Notes under the pieces: model-generated
What the model was told of the DNA's origin: nothing
What the model saw: the letters and a program-made list of their open reading frames with translations, nothing else
The model's database searches: none
Program-made: the position numbers and the translations under genes
Shown here: one piece after another, positions 1 to 12,486 of the stretch
Layout: the number at the start of each line of letters is the position of its first letter
Numbering within the stretch: the first letter of the stretch is position 1
Assembly: GCF_028641065.1 (NCBI RefSeq)
Contig: NC_073404.1
Span: forward strand, 20,398,001-20,462,000
Origin: Leucoraja erinacea
Taxonomy: Eukaryota
DNA length: 64,000 nucleotides
Direction of reading: 5' to 3'

Positions 1-572
1 AATGATTATATTTGGAGTAATGGGAGACAGGAACAAATTAAACATATCCCAAAATTCATTTTTTAATTATGAGTTAATAATAGCAAAAAAACTCATACTC
101 AAATTTTGGAAAAATACAACTATACCAACGCTCAAAATGTGGATTAGAAATATGTTGGACACAGCACACCTTGAAGAAATGAGACTCCTCCTAATAGATA
201 AACAAGATCAATTCTTAACGAGCTGGTCTCGATTCATTGACTTCTTGGATTCATGTGGTGCAACAGTATCGTAAAAATCAATTGTTTCAGGTCTGGGTGA
301 AAGATGATCAACAATATAAAAACTCATCTATCGTCTATTTGCTAATCTCTCTCTTGCTCTCTCATCTTTCTTATTTCTCTTCCTCACTATCTCTCTCTTT
401 TTTTATACACACTACAGGTTTTTCTACTCTCTATCTCTTTCTTTCTTATTTCTCTCTTTAAAAAAATAAAAAATGAAGTTGTACAGAGAATGTATCATGT
501 TAACATATATTTGGCACCTGAAAAAAAGGTACCACTGGATTGTACTTACTTCTAATAAATAAATTTAAAAAC
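1..572 (+). mobile_element. 3' end of an L1/Tx1-clade LINE (ORF2 C-terminus, 3' UTR, A-rich tail)
   Basis: ORF 2-274 ...AKKLILKFWK..PTLKMWI...LEEMR...W..FIDFL resembles the fish L1 ORF2 C-terminus; ends in AATAAATAAATTTAAAAA. Confidence 0.7.
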
Positions 573-739
573 AAAGTCAGGAAATTTCTGTGGCGAGAGA
601 AACAGATGTTTTTAGAACAATTATCTTTCATCTCTATAATACTAAAACTCTTCCTATTGTTTGTGCCATCTGTGTCACCTGCTTTTCCTATCTTCTTCCA
701 AACGCTAGGCCACAGCCTTTCCAATTTCCAATATCCTCC

Positions 740-1240
740 TCACATTTTTCCAGTCTGGCGATAAACATCTTCCCGTCACTTTTCCACCTACATTTCCGAT
801 GATATTAATCCTTTAACTTTTAAAAACGGCCCCTAAAACGCACCCATTTCAGACTCGCAAGGCAGGATGGAACACTCCGAGGAGGGAGGGGAACTCCAGC
901 ACCGCCTCTCCCTCTCTACCCTCCCTCCCCCCCACTCTCCCTCTACCCCCCCCCCCCTCTCTACCCGTCCTCTCTCCTCCCCACCTTTTCCCTCCAGCCT
1001 TCCCCATCCCTCTCTACCCCCTCCCTCTCTATCACCCTCCCTCTCTATCCCCATCCCTCTCTGCTCCCCCTCCCTCTCTGCTCGAGGGATTGCTGGGGGA
1101 TGAGGAGAAATGAGCTGCGCCTGCGCAGTTGGGGGCTATGTGTGAGTGGTGGAATCTTGCGTTGGGGGAACGGCTTGCGTTGGGGGAACGGGTGAGTGGT
1201 GGAATCTTGCGTTGGGGAGCAGACCCAACACTTGGTCTAG
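740..1240 (+). mobile_element. Helitron-like non-autonomous element, 3' part (5' boundary uncertain)
   Basis: Shares GAGCTGCGCCTGYGCAGTTGGGGGCTATG...GACCCAAC...CACTT-GTCTAG|T with 31690-31805; ends CTAG before T. Confidence 0.5.
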
Positions 1241-2186
1241 TTAAAACTAAAATTCTGATTTTGTTTTACTCCTCACTGATGATGCCTGATCTGCCATTTA
1301 TTTATAGATTCCACTGTAACTTGCTTATGTTTCTCAATTCTCAATTGACTTTCTATAAACACATCATCTTTTCAAGGTTTCAAGGTCAGTTTATTGTCAC
1401 ATGTACCAATTAAGGTACAGTGGAATAAGAATTACTATTTAGGACCTGCAGGTAGACCAAAATGCTGGAGAAACTCAGCGGGTGAGGCAGCATCTATAGA
1501 GCGAAGGACGTTTTGACTCGAGACCCTTTCTCAGACTGATGTAAGGGTGGTGGGGGGGGGGAGAAGAAAGGAAGAGGCAGAGACAGTAGGCTGTGGGAGG
1601 AAGGGTCTCGATCCAAAACGTCACCTATTCCTTCACTCCATAGATGTTGCCTCACCCGCTGAGTTTCTCCAGCATTTATGTCTACCTTTGATTTTTCCAG
1701 CATCTGCAGTTCTTTCTTAAACATTTTGGACCTGCAAGTGGCTTTCAAGAGTACTTCATTATCAACAAGGTGAAGGAATCATTTCGCCATCCAATGCCAC
1801 CACCATATAGATACATTTTCAGATGAAGAGCGGATAAAAAGCATAATCACTAATTATAGCAGTTTTACACCTCTGAATAAGTGATTAGGCTTTTCAAAAG
1901 TGTCAACTCAAAATAAGCAAAAATCAAAGTGCTGGGAGAACTCAGTAGGTCAGGCAGCAACTGCGGAGGTAATAGACAGACAACATTTTTGGTCGGGATC
2001 CTTCTTTAGACTATGGTATTTCTCTTTAGTACCCACCTTTTCTCTCACCCTGTCCACCCATCCATATCTCCGCCATTTATACCTCACTCTTATCAGAAAC
2101 CTTTTTGTCTCTTCTTCACCTCTAGTCTTTGTAACTAGCAAGCAATTATCTACATACAATCCCTTCACCATTTTCCTAATCACTTC

Positions 2187-2776
2187 AGGGCCTGTCCCAC
2201 TTAGGCTATTTTTTAGGCGACTAGGCTGTCGCCACATGGTTGTTGGAGTGTCGCCTGTAAGGTCGTGAATAATCTCCTCAATCGCCCAAAGAGTCGTAGC
2301 GTCTTTCTGGTCGCTGCTGGATTTTCAACATGTTCAAAAAATTTGGCAACAGTCGGCGACAGTGGGTTGACGCCAATGATCGTAGCTTGACTTCTGACGT
2401 AGGTGCTGTCGTAGGTTGTCACCAGGTGATGTAGGTTGTCGCCAGTGCTGACTTTGGTGAATTCCATTGGCGACTACCAATGTTAACCGGCGACAGAATT
2501 GTCTTCAGTTGTTGCCGACAGGGTCGTTGCTTGTCGCGGGTGGACGTAGGTTGACTTCAGTTGTCGCCTGTGTGGTCATAGGTGGACGTCCTAATGGGTT
2601 GCCGGTTGTCGGTAGTTTGCCGTAGCCTGACGTAGGTGGTAGGTTGTTGTAGATTGTTGTTGATTGTAGTAGACATTGTCGTAGGGGGGGTCCAGTTGCC
2701 GGATTTTCGGCGACCTGCTTCGGCTATGACAGTCGCCAGCAGTTGCCCAAAAAATCGCCTAAGTGGGATAGGCCCT
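2187..2776. mobile_element. PIF/Harbinger-type MITE
   Basis: TIRs AGGGCCTGTCCCACTTAGG / CCTAAGTGGGATAGGCCCT; internal GTCG-rich repeats; inserted within a Penelope-derived repeat. Confidence 0.8.
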
Positions 2777-4086
2777 TCAATAGGCTTTGCCACACTCACA
2801 GCTCTCTCCAGCTTTCTTCCCATTATTGCATCAATCTGAAAGGTCCATTTCCTCCACAGATGCTGCCGTACCAAATAAGTTCCTCCAGCACTTTATTTTT
2901 TGCTCAAGATTTCATCATCTGCAATGTCTTGTGTCACCAACTCAAAATAAACTAATTTTGTAGCTTACTTCTCCGATCTGCAAAGCTAGATGGAAAAGTA
3001 ATCCAAGTGGCTTCATCTTATTTTTATATAGTTCAATGTGCTGTCTCCAGACCTAAACTGAAAAAAATCCATAAAGCAATCAGATTAAAAAGTAGGATCA
3101 TCAAAATGTAGTGTGAATAAATCAAACTCTATTTTAATTAAAAGAGGGTGACTTATGCTGATGCTTAACAGATTCCAATTTCTGATTCAATCTACGTTCT
3201 CTTGAAAACTACAATTCAGTTATTCTATGGAGAGTCAGCAAGTCCAAAGATTCATTTGGCAAATTAAGCACTTGAGCGTTGTACGGGTTACAGAATATCC
3301 GAGTTTATGCTGAATAATTTACGTTTCATTGTGCTGTTTATATCTGTCAGTTGCTTATTATATAGTCAATCCTATTTTTGCAGTTCATATGTGTGAAAAA
3401 GATTCTGTACCACCATTGTAACTCTCTGCAATCCAAATGAAGATAATACAAGAATTGAATCTGTATGGAAAAGACAATGCAAATTATTCTCGTGTCATCC
3501 GCCAATTGTCATCTTTTTCATATTTCTGTTCTTCAGGAGTGAACTTTGATGGTTGACACTGACAGAAGGCAAAACTAATCTTGTGCTTCTCCAACATTCA
3601 AACGTGTGATCATCTCTATGCAGCGCTCTTGGATCTACAATCAGTAGGCACAAGGCGGAGGTGGAAAACCATTCAAACTTCATTTCTCTCCCACTTGCTT
3701 TATAACCTGTCGTGCCATTAATGTTGCTAATGTCATCAGTTCGTCCAGCATTGTTTGGGAATCCAACCCAATATCTTCAGGTCTGTCTGTTACAGGACAA
3801 GCCATACAAATAATTGTCTTCAATATATATATATCAGTGTTTCAGGGATTAATGAAGATCAAGCCTGAGCCTATTTATCCTTACTTACTATAGCTTGTAG
3901 GTATGACCCTTTATGGTAAAGATGTTGGCCAGTTCAGAACTCTTGACGTCATGATTCTCAATGACTTTAGACTTAACTGGGAGCAAACAAAACGGTGTTT
4001 CAGCATCAAATTATATCCAAGGCAAGTTCCTCCACTTGAATTTCTGGGCTCTGATGCCTCAAGCCAGTGCAGCCAGGGTTGATTCA

Positions 4087-4187
4087 TTACATTCTTGACG
4101 CGTCCAGAACCGCAGATGTGTGCAGCAGATCCTTTGGTAGGTTCTCTCGTGCTTCATGCATGCGATGTTGAGAATGTTCAAATGCCG
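4087..4187 (-). CDS. MKS1: MKS1 exon 18, terminal (AAFEHSQHRMHEARENLPKDLLHTSAVLDASRM*)
   Basis: RMxEARExLPxDL motif; ttcag| acceptor; TAA at 4089-4087. Confidence 0.93.
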
Positions 4188-4309
4188 CTGAACAGAGAAA
4201 AGACAAAACATACCCTTAAAAGCTGCTTTCATTCATCTGAGGAGCAATAATAATGCACCCATAAGTTCAATGGAAGGAAACTGCCACACGTGTCCACCTC
4301 AAGGAAGTA

Positions 4310-5549
4310 CAGGTGCACAACCTTTTATCCGAAAGCCTTGGGACCAGACACTTGTCGGATTTCGGACATTTTCGGATTTCAGAATGGAAGATTTTTAGCG
4401 TAGATTAGGTAGGTAGCGCGGGCGGCTTGAAAAGTCTGGAGCAGCTGCCTCCTCCCCGGAGACCGGGAGAATCATTGCATAAATGTTAGTCAGTTAGTTT
4501 GGAGGGATTTTATGTGGTGGTGGTGGTGTAGGGGTGAAGGGGGAAACTTTAATTCTTAGTCCCCTACCTACCTGGTCGGCGACTCCCAACCTCGCGGAGC
4601 TGGGGGCTCCGTCCGGCCGCGGGCGGCGCCGGTTGTAGCTCCGACCCCGGCAACTCTACCCCTGGCTGCGAGGCGCTCCAAATCCAGCGCAGCCCGCGGC
4701 CGGACGTTCCAGCTCCGAGAATGTCGGGAGTCGGCGGCGTCGCAGCGCTGGGATACCAGCGGGGAGCGGGCAATGCCTTACCGGGTCGCCGTGCGGCAAG
4801 CTCCGGAGCGCTGTGGGCCGCCTTCTTCCAACATTCGCGGAGCGTCGCTGGATTTGGAGCCGCGGAGCTGGGGGGCTCCGTCCGGCCGCGGGCGGCGCCG
4901 GTTGGAGCTCCGACCCCGGCAACTCTACCCCTGGCTGCGCGGCTCCAAATCCAGCGACGCTCCGCGATGTTGTGAGTCGGCGGCAACAGCGCTCCGGAGC
5001 TTGCCGCACGGCGACCCGGTAAGGCATTGCCCGCACCCCGCTGGTATCCCAGCGCTGCGACGCCGCCGACTCCCGACATTCGCGGAGCTGGGGCGACCGG
5101 CCGCGGGCCGCGCTGGATTTGGAGCGCCTCGCAGCCAGGGGTAGAGTTGACGGGGTCGGAGCTACAACCGGCGCCGCCCGCAGCCCCACCGGCCACAGCG
5201 CTGCGGAGCTTACTGCACGGCGACCCGGTAAGGCATTGACCGCTCCCCGCCTCTCCGACCAGGTAGGGGACTAAGAATTAAAGTTTACCCCTTCAACCCC
5301 CCCTTCACATAAAAGCCCTCCAAACTAACTGACTAACATTTAAGCAATGATTTACAGATGTTTAAGCGTCTCCCGGTCTCCAGGGAGGAGGCAGCCGCTA
5401 CAGTAGTACAGACCTGGGTTGACCGTGGGTCGTTTTGGGTCAAGTTTGGCGCCAAACGCGAGCTTTGGTGCGCAGACGACATCTGGAAAAAATGGCCGGT
5501 TTTCGGAGCTTTCGGTTTCTGGAACTCCGGATAAAAGGTTGTGCACCTG
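4310..5549. mobile_element. Tc1/mariner (pogo/Tigger-like) non-autonomous element with GC-rich palindromic interior, in MKS1 intron 17
   Basis: 22-bp TIRs CAGGTGCACAACCTTTTATCCG; TA duplication at both ends; no transposase ORF. Confidence 0.88.
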
Positions 5550-6082
5550 TATTACATTTCTCACACCGATCATCCTTAAATCTTGCAGTACGATTGTCAG
5601 ATTAATGCAGTATATCATTCAGGTGATTAATTATCAGATAAGAGTTTGGGATGGCCAAACTCTGTTCGCCTAGATCCCCTTACAGTCCATAGACAGAAAG
5701 AAATTTCAATCAAATTGAAGGTAGACAAAAATGCTGGAGAAACTCAGCGGGTGATTTTCCAGCATCCACAGTTCCTTCTTAAACATTCAATCAAATCGAG
5801 CCAGGATTTAAGTATAAAACATAGGAGGGGATAGGCAGTTCCCAACACATTGCCGTGTCTCGACTCCCAGAATATTTGATGTATTTTACTGTAAGAAAAT
5901 AAGTAACATGCAGAAGTTCTGCATTTTGAGCACAGAATTCGCTCACCGTGCTAAGATAATGGAAAAATTAGTAACTCCTGTTGGCAATGTACAAGTAGAT
6001 AAAACTGATAAAACAATACCATCAATTCTAGCCTAGCCAATGAGCAATCTTTTAGTAACATTACAATTGAATTATTACCTAC

Positions 6083-6180
6083 CCAGCACAGAGTGAAAGG
6101 TAGCCTGGTGAGTAAGTCCTCCCATTCGGTCCAGAACGTTCTGTGATTTTTTTTTTGCCATGCTTGAATCCAGAAAAGTC
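6083..6180 (-). CDS. MKS1: MKS1 exon 17 (TFLDSSMAKKKSQNVLDRMGGLTHQATFHSVL)
   Basis: 98 nt; VLDR motif; tag| and |gtaggt. Confidence 0.93.
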
Positions 6181-6844
6181 CTATAGAAACACCACAGCAC
6201 AAATGGCAAGTAAAAACCAAGTTCCACGTGCCTCAGCAGACTACCTTCAATAATGGTTAAATATAGTAAATACACATGCATCTCTATATATTTATTCCTT
6301 TGTTACATTATTTTTTTATCCCCTGTTATTCCCAAGATGCATTAAACTATAGGGGCAAGGATAATTGATGATAACCCAGGAATAGGATGAAAGATTAGCA
6401 TCTACATGCATGCTTTCACATTTGTCACGACAAGTTCTCCTGCACTGATGTGGGTGAGTTGTTTTATTTTAAATCACACCAGCTTGAATTGCTTAATAAA
6501 TGCATAGATTTCTGGGATGAAGGTAAAAGGTTTTGAAAACACTCAGCAGGGTAAGCAGCATCCGTCAATAGAGGAACAGAGTTAATGTTGCAAGTCAAAG
6601 ACATTTGTGGCGGTGGCAAAGGTATTTAATCTGAAACATTAATACTGTTCTTCTTTCTACCCATGTTGAGGTTTTTATTTCAGATTTCCAGCATCTGCAG
6701 TTTTTTTTTAAATTACAGATTTCCTCTGCACAGTTCAACACTCAAGCATCAGTTGATCACTTGAACCTTTATCAACCCAAGTGTGCTGAAGCCCAAAGTC
6801 TGTAAGCTGAATTGAGATAGCTCAGCAAACAGATTACCCCCGTA

Positions 6845-7165
6845 TAGACTATACAGCACAGAAACAGGCCCTTTGGCCCACTGAGTCCACACCGACCTTC
6901 AACCATCCATTTATACCAATCCTATGTTCATCCCACATTCTCATCAACTCTATTCAAATTCTATCATTCACTGCACAATAGGGCAATTTACAGTCACCAA
7001 TTAACCAATCAAAACCACACATCTTTGTGATGGGGAGGAAACCGGAGCACCTCACGAAAACTCATATGTTCAACACTGAGAGCGTGTAAACTCTACATAG
7101 ACAGCACCCAAGATTAGGTTTGAGCCCTGGTTTCTGGCATCAACTTTACTAGCTGCACCATTGTA
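6845..7165 (-). mobile_element. V-SINE (HE1-like), reverse orientation
   Basis: Reverse complement of the V-domain (GGGAGGAAACCGGAGCACC) and tail. Confidence 0.72.
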
Positions 7166-7538
7166 TTGACTTATGAGCAAGGTTCAGTGCCTGACTTAAC
7201 TGAAATGTTCAGAAACCTTAAAAAATAATATTTTGATGAGGTAAACGTTTTGCTTCCACCTTTTTATCAAGTTTGCATAATTTATTTATTTAGACACGGG
7301 AGAACCACTTCACTCCCAACGACAGTCACCAAATAACCATTGCCTCCAATCCACTCGCCTCATTAACCATATTCTGCTGAATGACCCCTTGGTTATTCAC
7401 TTGCCCAAGCTGATGTGTACTACATTTGGGTACACTTAGGTCAGCAGTTTAGCAGGTCATTCCTGTGACCACCTCCCATTGCAATAAACATCACTTACCT
7501 TGTTTAATAGTTCTTATATGAGTCATGGGTTTACGCAC

Positions 7539-7621
7539 CTGCATTGTTGCATGCAATGCAGCCTGAAGGTCACAGTTCCTATGGTTTCCGTTCTGAAACC
7601 GAAGCGACTCAGCCTCTCTCC
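7539..7621 (-). CDS. MKS1: MKS1 exon 16 ([27 protein letters not shown])
   Basis: 83 nt; near-identical to the recalled human segment; cag| and |gtgcgt. Confidence 0.96.
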
Positions 7622-8921
7622 CTGGTTGCAAGGAAAATAATTAAATTACTTCACCTATCCTTTGGACATAATCACAATCTACCCCCTAATCAGATCAATC
7701 CTTCACATTCTATATCTTCTCAATACATCAATATCTTAAAATCCATTTCCTCCCCTTCCCCTCTTAAGCTATTTATTTTATATAGCTATTTTAATGCAAA
7801 AGAAAGAACGAGACACTTCAAATGTATCAAGCAACAAAAAAAAGATAAGTCAAAAATTCTGACACGAGTTAGCATATTGAGGATATTGCTCTCTCCCCTA
7901 TTATCTCTAGTCCAGAATCAACATCACTGTAAGATCCTCCAGCACACAGGCAATATTTGTATATACAAGCTCCTAGTCATTATTGAGGCATTCCCTGCCC
8001 TCATCCAGAATCTCACTACATTCAGGAATGGGATGAAGTACTAATTAACACTTGCAGATCAGAAAAAAAATAAGTACACACTTCCAAGCAGAGCTGTCAA
8101 AAACCAGAGAGCACATGTTTACACTAATTGATAGAAGGATTTGATAAGAGGAAATTAAAAAGAAAATCACAAATAGTGTTAGGTGTGGATCTCACCGGCA
8201 GAAAGGTTACACAGGAATGTTACAGCCATTTGGCCATTGAGATGGTGCTCACTCTTTGTAGAGGGGTCCACTTCCTATTGCTCTGCTAAGTTCTGTTTTG
8301 AAACCTTCACTATCCCAATTCTGTGTGGATGCCACAATTAAATTTTCACCAAACACTTTCTGGCACCACATTCCAGATTATAAAACATAAGCCAATTCTT
8401 CCTGCAACACCTTGGGTCCACAGGTCACTTTAAATGTCTTCTCTGGCCGTTGACCCCTTCACAAATTGGAACAATTTCTATCAATCAAAATCCATTAAAA
8501 AAAATGTTCACTGCTATCTCAATGGCATGGATTTGGGGTCTGAAGGGTCTGCTCCCACACTGTACTCACTAAGATTCTCAACTTCTCCATTACTTCAAGA
8601 TTCTGCTCCCTTCCCAATGTTCTGTTGACTCTTTTCAATCAAAGTGTTGTGCAGACTATCTCCTTTTTGGAAGCAAAATAAAACAGAAACTAAAACAAGG
8701 ATAGTTCACACCAAGCTCAGATGTGGACTGCAAAGCAGTTTGAAAGAAAGTAATGAGAGTGTAGAGCTGCTGGGCAGAGAAACTGAGAACCAGCAGCTAG
8801 ACATTGGGGAATAGAGGACCAATATGAGAATCGGTGAACTGGTGAATTAGGAATCAGATCTAGTTCCAGTATCTTAATGCCTTGGGAAATTCACATTCCC
8901 TGCAGTCATTTACATTTCTAC

Positions 8922-9055
8922 CTTGAATGTGCTTGGGATCCGGATGTAAGTCGTATCTTCAAGCTCAAGCGCACCACCAACAAAGAATCGCCGCATTTCT
9001 GCTAATGTTCCAGGCAAGATTGGTCTCCATGTTTTGCATGTTTTCGTATAGCTAC
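8922..9055 (-). CDS. MKS1: MKS1 exon 15 (GSYTKTCKTWRP...EMRRFFVGGALELEDTTYIRIPSTFK)
   Basis: 134 nt; TWRP and RRFFxGG motifs; cag| and |gtaga. Confidence 0.96.
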
Positions 9056-9955
9056 CTGTCAATGAATATATTACACCTTAAAATGTATATTAGACCAAAG
9101 AACAAAAAAAATGTATATTAGACAAAAGCAACATGGACAGGAAGAAAGAAGGTTGGGAACTAACCTAGAATCTATATTCAATTGTAACACAGCAAAATGG
9201 AATGAGAGAACCCGACATCAAGTGAATCTGAATTTCGTTGTACGCATCACTACAATGACAATAAAGTATTTTTTTTTTAAACAAAAGGAAACATGATGTA
9301 TTGGGGTCCTGATGATATCAGGGACGTTCTTCAAACTGATGAGGTAGAGGGTAGAAAGCTGCAAAAGAGTGGTGGAGATGTGGGAAGGTCTGGCAAGTGA
9401 TAGGTCGAGGAAGGTAAGGGAGAGGTAAAGGGTAGTTGGGTGGAGTAAATGACAAAGGCTCGAGATGTCAAGTGAGACAAAATGGTGTTAAATAAAAGGA
9501 GCACCATGTAATCCGGAGGGAGGCATAGGGGGGGGGGGGGGGGGGGAGTGGGGGGGGAAAAGAAGGGGGAATGAAAAAGGGAAATATCAGACTATAATAA
9601 CCTCTCCAGCAACTTCCCTCTCACTCCAGCCCCCGCACCCATAGTTCAACCACATTTCTCCCACCATCCCAGTCACCTAGCTCGTTTCTTCTCCTCTGTA
9701 CGCTCATCTCCAATCCCCTTTTTTTCCTCCACCCTGTCCCCTTCCACCCATATACTCTGGCTTTACATCCATCTATCATTTGCCAGTATGTGGCCCAACT
9801 TTCTAGCGTTCCCCCCCGCTCCCCTCCTGATCCATTAGTCTGAAGAAGTGTCCCGACCCAAAGCATCATTTGTCCATTCCCTCCAGAGATACTGGCAAAG
9901 GTATAAAATCCATGCCCAGTACCGACTCGGTCATTCTAACCAGAAGAAGTCATTT

Positions 9956-10262
9956 GAGCAGCACAGTGGTACAACTGGTAGAGCTGCTGCATCACAGCAC
10001 CGGAGAGCTGGGTTCAATCCTGACCTCGGCTACTGTCTGTGTGAAGTTTGCACATTCTCTCTTTGACTGTGTGGATTTCCTCTGGGTGCTCAGTTTCCTC
10101 CCACATCCCAAAGGTGTGCAGGTTTGTCGATTAAGCGGCCTCTGTAATTTGCACTTAGTGTGCAGGGAATGATAACATCGAACTAGAGTGGGCAGGTGAT
10201 CGATGGTCAGTATGGACTCGGTGGGCTGATGGACCTGTTTCCATGCTGTATTTTTCAATCAA
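9956..10262 (+). mobile_element. tRNA-derived V-SINE (HE1-like)
   Basis: A box TGGTACAACTGG, B box GGTTCAATCC, V-domain GTTTGCACATTCTC...GGGTGCTCAGTTTCCTCCCACA, CR1-like tail. Confidence 0.8.
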
Positions 10263-10705
10263 GTCAAGATTTAATTTGCAATGTGGCAATTCCAATTGGA
10301 GCAGGAAAAAAGGCCTTAACACCCTTTGCATATGGATGATATGTGAAGTCCAAATCAATTCGGCAATAACACTCACCAAACCCTCAAGTAGCCCTATAGG
10401 AGTCACTGTTCAGACTCACATTTCGAATGACTGTGAGGCCTACAATAAAATAGCACTTTGGGTATTCATGGATTGGAGTACTCTGGCAGCAGTTTATTCG
10501 AGAAGGGATAACTCATAGGTAAATAAAACAGTAAATGTTTCTAATGAAACAAAGCAGAAAATGTTGGGGACAATTAACTTCCTTATAGTTAGCAGTTAAC
10601 ACTTCTGCATTAATCGTTTACCACCATAGTTATCTCACCAGCTGCTGATTAATTTCAGTACATTGCCAAAGTTTTTAATTTTGGGAGATTAATACATTTC
10701 CTTAC

Positions 10706-10810
10706 CTGGACGATCAGGAATGTCAATGTAGCCATAGCCCTCAATACGATATCTCTGCCAGAAATCACAAGAGTACACCCCAAAATAAAGCATTGGCCAT
10801 TGCAGAAAAC
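10706..10810 (-). CDS. MKS1: MKS1 exon 14 ([35 protein letters not shown])
   Basis: DFWQRYRxEGYG motif; tag| and |gtaagg. Confidence 0.96.
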
Positions 10811-11054
10811 CTACAAATCCAAAGCAAAGAACAATGCTTGAATAACACTCATTGTCACTGGCATATCAATGAGAAAAAAGGAGGCCTTTTCTTTTCACAA
10901 GGGACTGAAGAACACAGACATGCAGAAGGTAATTGCCCCAGAGATTGTGACCAGGGAGATACACAAAGTAAAAATGCAACAAGAAAAAGATGCCCCCTTC
11001 TTGCTTATATTATGAATATGCAGATAATGCTGTTGCTTACAAAGGGATACTCAC

Positions 11055-11124
11055 CTTCAGGCTGATCTTCACTTCTTATAGACATTTCAAAATTGAATGG
11101 ATGAGAAAAATAGGCTACATCCTC
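11055..11124 (-). CDS. MKS1: MKS1 exon 13 (EDVAYFSHPFNFEMSIRSEDQPE)
   Basis: 70 nt; B9 motif FSxPFxFE; tag| and |gtgagt. Confidence 0.94.
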
Positions 11125-12415
11125 CTATTTAAAATAATAACAGCAATTACAACTGGGCAAAAACACTGAAACTCATACTTTAAAAAAAGACACCAACGCT
11201 ATAGATTAACGCAGTGCATCAGGCAGCATTTAGAAACATAGAAAATAGGTGCAGGAGGAGGCCATTCATCCCTTCGAGCCAGCACCGCCATTCATAGTGA
11301 TCATGGCTGATCGTCCCCAATCAATAACCCGTGCCTGCCTTCTCCCCATATCCCTCGATTCCACTAGCCCATATGACTCTGACTCATACAGCGTGGAAAC
11401 AGGCCCTGTTTAGCATTCCTGTTCCTGGAAATGCAATCTCAGCAAGGTACCAGTGTAACCAATATAAAGTACCAGTATAAAGGAATCTGAAACTTTGCTT
11501 ATTTTCTCATTTCCAGGGATGGCATTGATTTGTTTCATTAACTCATTTTCCAGACCAGACATTTAAGTTGCAAACACAAGAGCTGCAGGTGTTAGAGGTT
11601 CAGCAAAACACTTACTGCAGGCTGAACTCAGCAGGTCAGGCAGCATCAAGGAAGGGAAACGGACAGATGACGTTTTGGGTCAGGACCCTTCAGACTGATG
11701 GAGTAGAGGGATAGTTGGGTTTTTCCCCCCAGGCATTTAAGTTATTAGAAAACATGACACAAAGTGCTGGAGTAACTCAACATTTCTAGAGGACATGAAT
11801 GGGGAACATTTCAGTTTGTTACCCATCTTCAGGGTATCCGTGTCCTCCAGAGATGCTGCCTGACCAGCTAAATTACTCCAGAATTTTGTATCTTTTTTTT
11901 TAAACCACAATCTGCAGTTCCTTGTGCCTGCATTTAAATTGTTGACTTTGGCCTTGTGAATTCAAAAGCTTCTACAGAGACATGAGTTCAGAATCTTGTA
12001 TGATATTCCAATAACATCTTTTGAATGAGATATAAAACTATGTTGTATGGTAGATACTATTTGAAAGTACAGGAAGGTTCTGCAAAAACCCTATATATAG
12101 AGCGTAATTATTACATTAAACTAGATTATACAGTAATATTGTTCATGCAATCTAATTATGCATAAAATTGGTTGTTGCCTTCTCTATATGATAATAAAAT
12201 ATATACAAGTATCTTCATTGATTTTTTTTAACAGTATAGGAAAAACAAAATCGAATAATCTGGCACCCTAAAAACTTTGGTAGATTTTACATACCACTGA
12301 ACGTTACATCCATTAATACCTCAATAAGTTAACTCAGTTCCTCTCCCCACAGATGCAGCAAGGCCTGCTGAGTATTTCTAGCTTTTTCATTTTTTCTTTA
12401 TCAAAGTCTCCTTAC

Positions 12416-12486
12416 CTGATCATCGACCTTGGTAGCACAAGTCTGTGTTACTCCAGACAACTGCTGGCTTGGAGGACATGTCCAAT
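12416..12486 (-). CDS. MKS1: MKS1 exon 12 (WTCPPSQQLSGVTQTCATKVDDQ)
   Basis: 71 nt; QQLSGVTQTC as in human; ttag| and |gtaagg. Confidence 0.95.

Noticed and set aside
2540-2720. Short GTCG/GTAGGT-rich repeats resembling a repeat-spacer array (also 63400-63700)
   Set aside because: Irregular internal repeats of Harbinger MITEs in a vertebrate genome; not CRISPR
2892-2897. Minus-strand AATAAA as the MKS1 poly(A) signal
   Set aside because: Lies inside a repeat; the MKS1 3' end cannot be fixed from sequence alone
4564-5239. Overlapping 70-210 aa ORFs on both strands (also 41495-42135)
   Set aside because: They come from the GC-rich palindromic interior of a TIR element; low-complexity Ala/Arg/Pro/Gly translations with no transposase motifs
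7544-8044. 166-aa plus-strand ORF
   Set aside because: Antisense to MKS1 exon 16 and its intron; no recognisable domain
9956-10030. tRNA-like A and B boxes
   Set aside because: Head of a V-SINE, not a tRNA gene; no intact cloverleaf, and it continues into the V-domain
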